Assembly (NCBI RefSeq): GCF_000341395.1 | Contig: NC_020304.1 | Location: 780,001-812,000 of the forward strand | From: Desulfocapsa sulfexigens DSM 10523 | GTDB lineage: Bacteria > Desulfobacterota > Desulfobulbia > Desulfobulbales > Desulfocapsaceae | Length of the DNA stretch: 32,000 nucleotides | Reading direction: 5' to 3' | Shown here: piece after piece, positions 25,884 through 32,000 of the stretch | Layout: every line of letters begins with the position of its first letter | Numbering within the stretch: the stretch's first letter is position 1 | Program-made: the position numbers and the translations under genes | The notes under the pieces: generated by a model | Seen by the model: only the letters and a program-made list of their open reading frames with translations | Told to the model about the DNA's origin: nothing | Database searches by the model: none

Positions 25884-28175
25884 ATGTTTGACCTTGGCTT
25901 AAAACAAAAGGCTTTAATCAGTATCCTGGGAATTTTCACTCTCTTCTCTCTGCTTTTTACGGCTACCTACATCCCGTTCCAAAACCAGATTAGTGACTAT
26001 ATCCTGGATCGGAACAAACTATTGATTCAGACTCTCATTGAAAGAGACAAGGACCCCATAGCCAACGAAATTTTTGACCACAGCGACAAATCCATCAAGA
26101 TTCGCCTCAAAGATATGCTCCGTGTCGATGGAGTTCTCCTTATCAGTGTTCATGACAAAAAAGGGGAAATTATTGCTTTTGAGGGACCGACAACCTCCCC
26201 GGACGAATTGACAATACCGACCAGGGTGCTGACCCGTGGAGGTACAGATAGCAATATCAGCCAATGGCAAGACCATACCGTACTGCAATATTTCTATGAG
26301 ATTAAAGCAATCGGTGAACGGATGGGATTTATCCAAGTCTACTTCCTGTTGGATGATATGATGCGCTATAAGCAGTATTCTTTTATCTTTTTAATGGTCT
26401 TTCTGACAAGTATTCTGCTGACTCTTGGGTCAGCGGGAAATTACCTGTTATCCAAAATGGTCACAGAACCAATTATTACCCTCCGAGACCTGATGTTAAA
26501 AATCCAGGCTGGCGATTTCAAGCAGCGCATGGATATTCACCGGGCCGATGAATTTGGCGAACTGGCCTCCTCCTTTAACGGGATGGTAAATAATCTGGAT
26601 GCGTCATACTCAGAGATCAAACAAAAGACTGACCAGATTCAGTCCATGAGGAGCTATCTGAAAAATATCATCGACTCCATGTCTTCCATGGTGATATCGG
26701 TAGATCAATATGCGAAGATCACAGCGTTAAATCAGGCAGCCCTGAATTTTATGGGGATGGATGAACAGGAAGGCATTGGAAAAAACATCTGTTCTTTCAT
26801 CCCACTGTTTGAACAGTATCGCAGCAATGTACAGGATGTAATTCAGACAGGTACCCCCCTTGAATTGTATCAGCAAAAACTGGCCGAAAATCAAGAGAAG
26901 CTCTATGCTATCTTTATTTCGCCATTAACAGCGGATGCACAGGGCGCTGTTATACGCATTGATGATGTTTCAGAACTCCACGAAAAAGATGAACAACTAA
27001 AGCAAGCCCAAAAGATGGAAACTATCGGCACACTCGCCGGGGGCATTGCCCACGATTTCAACAATATACTCTCAGGTATTGTGGGAACAGCCTCTCTTTT
27101 AAAATATACCATGGAATCAGGGAAACTCGACGACAAGACACTCAACAAAAGCATTGGTACCATTGAGATATCTTCAAGAAGGGCATCGGAACTTGTCAAG
27201 CAGTTACTTGCTCTTTCCCGAAAACAGGAAATGAGTATAGGGAAAATTGATCTGAATGAATCGATCCGGCACGTTGTCAATATATGCAGGAATTCCTTTG
27301 ATAAAAGTATTGAAATCAGGGAAATCTATGAGCATGAACTGGCAATGAGCAATGCTGATTCATCCCAGATAGAGCAGGTCCTGTTAAACATCTGCATCAA
27401 CGCTTCCCACGCTATGACCATAATGCACCGCGACCACAATGACTGGGGTGGTATTTTGTCTCTTTCAGTCACTTCTTTTTTGGCTGACAAGCTCTTTTGT
27501 GAACGTCACAGTAATGCAGTGGAGGGCAACTACTGGTGCATCACCGTTGTCGATTCAGGTGTCGGTATGGATGACACTACAATAAAAAAGATCTTTGACC
27601 CCTTTTATACAACCAAAGAATATGGCTTGGGAACTGGCCTTGGACTATCCATCGTATACTCTACCATCCGGCAACACAATGGCATCGTAGAGGTAAGCTC
27701 CAAGCCCGGAAACGGAACGACCTTCAGTATCTATCTGCTCTCCGCAGAAAGAGAAGACGGTTCAAGTGCCACTGACGTGCAATCCGAAGCAACCGGATTA
27801 ACATTCGGCAGTGGAACTATTCTGGTAATCGATGACGAAGCCATTGTCCGAAATATGGCAGAACTTATCCTGCGCCAAGCCGGCTATACCGTTTTATTAG
27901 CTAAAGACGGAGAGGAAGGTCTTCAACTGTTTCGTGAAAAGAGTTCCGAAATATCTGCGGTACTGCTGGATCTGGTAATGCCCAAAATGCATGGCCATGA
28001 AGTATACAGGCACCTCAAAGAACAGGATCCTGAAGTAAAGGTACTTATGGTCTCAGGGTTTATCCATGACGAACGCGCCCGCAAGGCACTGTCAATGGGA
28101 GTCCAGGGATTTCTCCAAAAACCCTATACCCTTGCAAGCCTCACCGACGCAATTGACACCTTACTACACTCCTGA
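25884..28175 (+). CDS. hybrid sensor histidine kinase/response regulator (TM sensor-HAMP-PAS-HisKA-HATPase-REC)
   Basis: Two TM segments flank a ~150-aa periplasmic region. HAMP (DEFGELASSFNGMV), H-box GGIAHDFNNIL, G-boxes DSGVGM and GTGLGLS, and C-terminal REC (ILVIDDE...LLDLVMPKMHG...VSG). Confidence 0.9.
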   Translation: MFDLGLKQKALISILGIFTLFSLLFTATYIPFQNQISDYILDRNKLLIQTLIERDKDPIANEIFDHSDKSIKIRLKDMLRVDGVLLISVHDKKGEIIAFEGPTTSPDELTIPTRVLTRGGTDSNISQWQDHTVLQYFYEIKAIGERMGFIQVYFLLDDMMRYKQYSFIFLMVFLTSILLTLGSAGNYLLSKMVTEPIITLRDLMLKIQAGDFKQRMDIHRADEFGELASSFNGMVNNLDASYSEIKQKTDQIQSMRSYLKNIIDSMSSMVISVDQYAKITALNQAALNFMGMDEQEGIGKNICSFIPLFEQYRSNVQDVIQTGTPLELYQQKLAENQEKLYAIFISPLTADAQGAVIRIDDVSELHEKDEQLKQAQKMETIGTLAGGIAHDFNNILSGIVGTASLLKYTMESGKLDDKTLNKSIGTIEISSRRASELVKQLLALSRKQEMSIGKIDLNESIRHVVNICRNSFDKSIEIREIYEHELAMSNADSSQIEQVLLNICINASHAMTIMHRDHNDWGGILSLSVTSFLADKLFCERHSNAVEGNYWCITVVDSGVGMDDTTIKKIFDPFYTTKEYGLGTGLGLSIVYSTIRQHNGIVEVSSKPGNGTTFSIYLLSAEREDGSSATDVQSEATGLTFGSGTILVIDDEAIVRNMAELILRQAGYTVLLAKDGEEGLQLFREKSSEISAVLLDLVMPKMHGHEVYRHLKEQDPEVKVLMVSGFIHDERARKALSMGVQGFLQKPYTLASLTDAIDTLLHS

Positions 28176-28341
28176 TGTGCATCTCTGGAAATACTATGCT
28201 GATATTCTTAATAGCCAGCTGATGTCAGATTAATTCGCCCCCTTTGATAGGTACCGTTCTTTCACATTTTGTGATAGGATCAACTCAAAAGAAATCGCTT
28301 TCAAACAGGCCCCATATGAAGTCATCTTAGAGGTAACTGCA

Positions 28342-29457
28342 ATGGTCTCTTCCTCTGTATCCCTTCCCCCTACTCTGTATATTCTTTTTGTTGGGGGAGG
28401 ACATGGTTGCTATGACATCCTAAACCTGCTTACCGACTATTCCTTCCAAAACATACGCCCAAAAGTCATCGGTGCAGTTGACCCCAACCCTACTGCCAGC
28501 GGAAGAGTGCTTGCCGAGAAACTCGCCATCCCCACCAGCAGTACTTTTGATCAATTCCTGTCAGACCCGCGCCTTTCTCTAATCATTGAACTGACTGGCA
28601 GTGACACAGTACTTCAGGAACTGTATCACCGCAAACGACCAGAGGTCAAAATTCTCGATCATGTTGCCGCACAGTTCCTATGGGAAATAATAGCAATTCA
28701 AAAAGAACATATTCAGTTAAAACACAAATTAAGTCGTCTTGACAGTATGGCTGCCGTGGGAGAGATGGCCGGACGCTTAACTCACAAACTGCGAAATCCG
28801 CTGATGATCTTCGGCGGCCTTATTCGACGCATAATGACACGCCCGGATATTGGACACGGAGTGCGGAAACGCCTCAAACGTGCAGCAGTACAGGTAGGAA
28901 AGATGGAGGAGGTTATTACCGATATTTGCGATGTAGTTCGCCCTTTGCGGCCTCACATGCAAGCAACGAACATGAGCACTTTCCTGAACCAGTGGTGCAA
29001 AGATATCGCTGTCGAAGTCCGTTTAATCGGGGTCATGCTCAGTTCAAATATCCAACAGGATCTCCCGGTTATTCAGGTTGACCCTTCCCTGCTTCGCCAG
29101 GCACTGTTCCATCTCCTTGAAAACAGTTTTGAGGCCATGGCTGAGAATAACGGTCATATTAAGATCGAAACGAGAATGGACGAAGATAACCTTTATATTG
29201 TGTTCAGCGATACCGGTAGTGGCCTGAAAAATATAACCCCTGGCAAAGCCATCCACCCATTCACCGGTACAAAAACAGACCATTTGGGACTTGGCCTGAC
29301 GCTCTGCCAGCAAATAATATCGAAACATAACGGCGACATTGAACTACGCAATATCGAAGAAGGTGGCACCATGGTCATTATCAGAATCCCCATCGTATTA
29401 AAAAAAATACATCCACTTTCCGATCAATCTGATGGCAATGGGAAAAATACGGGATAG
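28342..29457 (+). CDS. cytoplasmic histidine kinase with N-terminal Rossmann-like (GGGxG) domain
   Basis: No TM segments. N-terminus ILFVGGGHGCYDIL...VIGAVDPN resembles a dinucleotide-binding fold. H-box GRLTHKLRNPL, N-box LLENSFEAM, G-boxes DTGSGL and GLGLTLC. Confidence 0.8.
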   Translation: MVSSSVSLPPTLYILFVGGGHGCYDILNLLTDYSFQNIRPKVIGAVDPNPTASGRVLAEKLAIPTSSTFDQFLSDPRLSLIIELTGSDTVLQELYHRKRPEVKILDHVAAQFLWEIIAIQKEHIQLKHKLSRLDSMAAVGEMAGRLTHKLRNPLMIFGGLIRRIMTRPDIGHGVRKRLKRAAVQVGKMEEVITDICDVVRPLRPHMQATNMSTFLNQWCKDIAVEVRLIGVMLSSNIQQDLPVIQVDPSLLRQALFHLLENSFEAMAENNGHIKIETRMDEDNLYIVFSDTGSGLKNITPGKAIHPFTGTKTDHLGLGLTLCQQIISKHNGDIELRNIEEGGTMVIIRIPIVLKKIHPLSDQSDGNGKNTG

Positions 29458-29459
29458 GT

Positions 29460-30029
29460 TCACACCTCCCTTTCCGCAAACACCAGATACCTGAACGGTG
29501 TATTCGATCGTAACGTATCGAATGGATAGCAGGTCAGAAGTGTCAAGGAAGACGCGTCACTTTCCTGAAAATAAAGATCCTCTGCTTTATGGATCACATT
29601 CTCCATGACTCTGTATTTTTGCAATCCCCCAATTACCGGCTGTATCGTTACAATATCATCCTTGCGCAGATCCTGTAAAAATTGAAAATTAGTGTCTCGG
29701 TGCCCTGCCAGAATACAATGGCCATTACTGCCAGGATCACTACTTCCAGGAAGATGTCCAGGCCCAAAGGCGAGCACCTCACCACTCTCTCCCTCAAGCA
29801 CAATCAAATCAACCCCAAGCCGCTCCACCTGTAGACGTGCTACGGGCCAGGTATCGGCCCAGGGCCACGGCTTTGTCTGTTCTCCGCTTGCCAGAGTTTG
29901 TTCCCAGGCGTGCTGCAAAAGAATCTGAGCAAGCACCGCCTTTGTCCGTATCCAACAGCCGTCAGCCAGGAGAAAACTGCCACCTGCCAGCAGGACAAAG
30001 ACGATGATGCGCAAAAGTCCTGTTTTCAT
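29460..30029 (-). CDS. sortase, Gram-negative (marine proteobacterial / class GN) type
   Basis: N-terminal TM anchor, catalytic His region ILAGHRDTNF, TLLTCYPF catalytic Cys motif and a downstream Arg (FRYLVF). ATG 30029 forms an ATGA overlap with the upstream substrate gene. Confidence 0.85.
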   Translation of the reverse strand: MKTGLLRIIVFVLLAGGSFLLADGCWIRTKAVLAQILLQHAWEQTLASGEQTKPWPWADTWPVARLQVERLGVDLIVLEGESGEVLAFGPGHLPGSSDPGSNGHCILAGHRDTNFQFLQDLRKDDIVTIQPVIGGLQKYRVMENVIHKAEDLYFQESDASSLTLLTCYPFDTLRSNTPFRYLVFAEREV

Positions 30030-32000
30030 GCCCGCTGCCTCCTTCCCCAAAACAGAAATAAAAACGCAATAAGCAGCAGAAAGGCCCCAATAACAATTTG
30101 AAGCTGAGCAGGAGTCGCTGTTTTCGCAGTACCACCAAATATTTTCTGTGCCTGCCAGCCATGGGGAAGATTGCTTCTCAGGGCTGACTGACGAAGATCT
30201 TCTTCAGGAGGACGTGACACTTCTTTTTCAACTGCCACCAGACTGGTATAACGACTGACCAGATGATGGGCCAATGCGGTATTCAGCACTTCCCTCCGAA
30301 CATCCTCCTCCATTGCCCCAAGCGCCAGAGAATCCATCAGGGAACGAATCTTCTTTCTTGCCCAGAGTGTTGCAATCCCGGGCCTCTCTGCAAGTTTCTG
30401 CAAGTCCACTTGTTCCTGCCACAGATCAAGACCGAGATGACCACTGATACTCAGGACCTCCTGTTCATTTCCTTCCGGTATCTTCAGAGAAACCACCAGG
30501 GGCTCTCCCGCATAGAGGTCCGCAATGGGATTTGGATAACCCAGCAAAGACTTACCACTGCTGTTTTTCACCGCGATATCGGTGATCGCAGGATGCTCCA
30601 GTTTCTGAAACAACCGGGCCATCTTTTCCTCCACTTCACTCGTCTTTCCGATATAGGTATAACTCCCCCGCCCCATACCAGCTGCCCGTGACATAAAGTA
30701 GGAATTGGGAGCAGAACCGATGCCAACAGTAAAGAGACGGGAATCACCAAGCCGCGAGGCAATCATGGCAAGGAGTTCTTTTTCATTTCCAACACTGCCA
30801 TCGGTGAGAAACATAACCTGACGGATGCGCTCATGATTCTTTCTTCCATCAAGTGCCAGATCCAGTGCCCTGGCAATCTCGGTGCCCCCTTCAGCCTTGA
30901 GAGAACTGACAAACCTGATCGCCTTTTTCCGGTGTTCTGCATCGGCCGCTTCGGCGTGGTCAAATAACCTCCTGGAATCGGAATTAAATTCAATCACGTT
31001 GAAACGATCATGTTCGCTGAGACGTGAAATGGCGAGAATCAACGCTTCCCGTGCCTGGACAATTGAAGGGCCGGCCATAGATCCCGAGGTATCCAGCACA
31101 AAGACAACCTCCCTTGGAGGTGCCTGCCCGGTAAGATCAAGGGTCGGGGGACTGAGCATCATCAACAGATAGGTATCACCGCCATGTTTTTCGCTGAAAA
31201 GTGCTGCATGGGGATGATACTGTTGTGCCGCCTCCCATTCGAGAACAAAATCACGATCCGCCTTCACACTACCATCAAAGTGAAGCACCTTCACATCTCT
31301 CTCTTTGTCTTCCACGGTTATACCATGATAGAGACTCTCAAGCCTGGACACAGGAAATCCTGCAGCCAGTTCAACCATAAGACGAACTGGATTCTGCTGT
31401 CTATCTGATGCAACGGGAGGTGTGATTCGTGATGCGTCGGGAACCCGATCGGTATCCATGGCCCAGCCCGTACCACTAAACTGAATTGTCCCCACATCGC
31501 TATCCGCCATCAAAGGCCTTCCAGGGATATAACGTGGTCCAACCACCATGGGAAAGCGAAGGGAAAACACCCCATTGCTCAAAGCCACCACCTGCTGGAA
31601 CTGGATTTCAACCTCTATCTCTTCACCGGGAGGAATATTGGCAACGGCCATTGTGAAAATATTTGCTCGTTCCTGAGAGAGAAGAGAGGCCTTCTTTCCC
31701 TCTTTTTTTTGCCTTTTCGTACACCTTTTTTGCTTCTTCTTTCTCCCTTATCTCTCCTTCGATTAACCTTTCGCCAATTTTCATTCGCAGCTGATCCACA
31801 GCAGATTCATCTGGCAGAGGAAAAACATAAATCGCCTCCTGCCACCGATCCGTGTTATTGGCAAAGCGTTGCCGAACCATGGTTCTTGCCGTCATGGCGC
31901 TTATATATATCTCCACATCCTGTGAAAGCTGTGGTGCAGCTTCATATTTTCCTTCATTACCACTCGCAGCAAAGAGCAAAGAACCCTGCTGCACATCCGA
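30026..32000 (-). pseudogene. VIT + von Willebrand A domain sortase-target protein, interrupted by a frameshift in an A8 run; N-terminus lies beyond the window
   Basis: ORFs 31623..>32000 and 30026..31651 are consecutive pieces of one VIT domain (...YVFPLPDESAVDQLRMKIGERLIEGEIREKEEAKKVYEKAKK | ANIFTMAVANIPPGEEIEVEIQFQ). These are followed by a vWA domain with a MIDAS DTSGSM motif and a C-terminal TM helix plus RRQRA tail. Removing one A from the run (T8 at 31703-31710 on the + strand) fuses the frames. Confidence 0.8.

Noticed and set aside
31703-31710. Programmed -1 ribosomal frameshifting on the A AAA AAA heptamer
   Set aside because: The downstream frame is +1 (or -2) relative to the upstream frame, so a -1 slip lands in the wrong frame.
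1-32000. CRISPR arrays, rRNA, intact tRNAs, retron or group II intron RNAs, long tandem repeats
   Set aside because: I found no spaced direct repeats and no conserved RNA motifs in any intergenic region: 1310-1853, 2774-2959, 7453-7561, 13379-13551, 14470-14618, 16712-16939, 22962-23286, 24538-24764 and 28176-28341.

Overview
This looks like a chromosomal window from a Gram-negative bacterium. Gene content and the argH-lipoprotein-lysA-dapF-dapA-dapB synteny suggest a Desulfobacterota/deltaproteobacterium-like organism, but that is inference only.

Layout:
- (a) 1-2854: the end of a foreign-looking island. It holds an outer-membrane protein and two lipoproteins on the minus strand, and a divergent ardA anti-restriction operon with two small unknown genes. 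The island abuts a tRNA-Leu(CAA) gene that is cut off right after its anticodon loop, just downstream of pgsA.
- (b) 2.9-16.7 kb: one long minus-strand housekeeping array: pgsA, SLT transglycosylase, transaldolase, YHS protein, folK, dapB, dapA, dapF, lysA, FN3 lipoprotein, argH, argG, argF, argD, argB. Many junctions have overlapping stop and start codons.
- (c) 16.9-20.7 kb, plus strand: lptA-lptB-rpoN followed by a WYL-domain regulator.
- (d) 20.7-23.0 kb: a secreted DUF4105-like protein plus a lipoprotein, convergent with the WYL gene.
- (e) 23287-24537: an intact IS4-family insertion sequence with 18-bp perfect inverted repeats and a 9-bp target duplication.
- (f) 24.8-29.5 kb: a periplasmic binding protein, a hybrid histidine kinase and a second kinase.
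- (g) 29.5-32.0 kb: a Gram-negative dedicated sortase and its VIT-vWA substrate, which is broken by a frameshift in an A8 run.

I saw no CRISPR array, rRNA or intact tRNA. I could not recognise a clear-cut novel multi-gene system. The best candidates for follow-up are the ardA-linked small genes at the broken tRNA junction, the WYL / split-DUF4105 / lipoprotein block downstream of rpoN, and the frameshifted sortase substrate.
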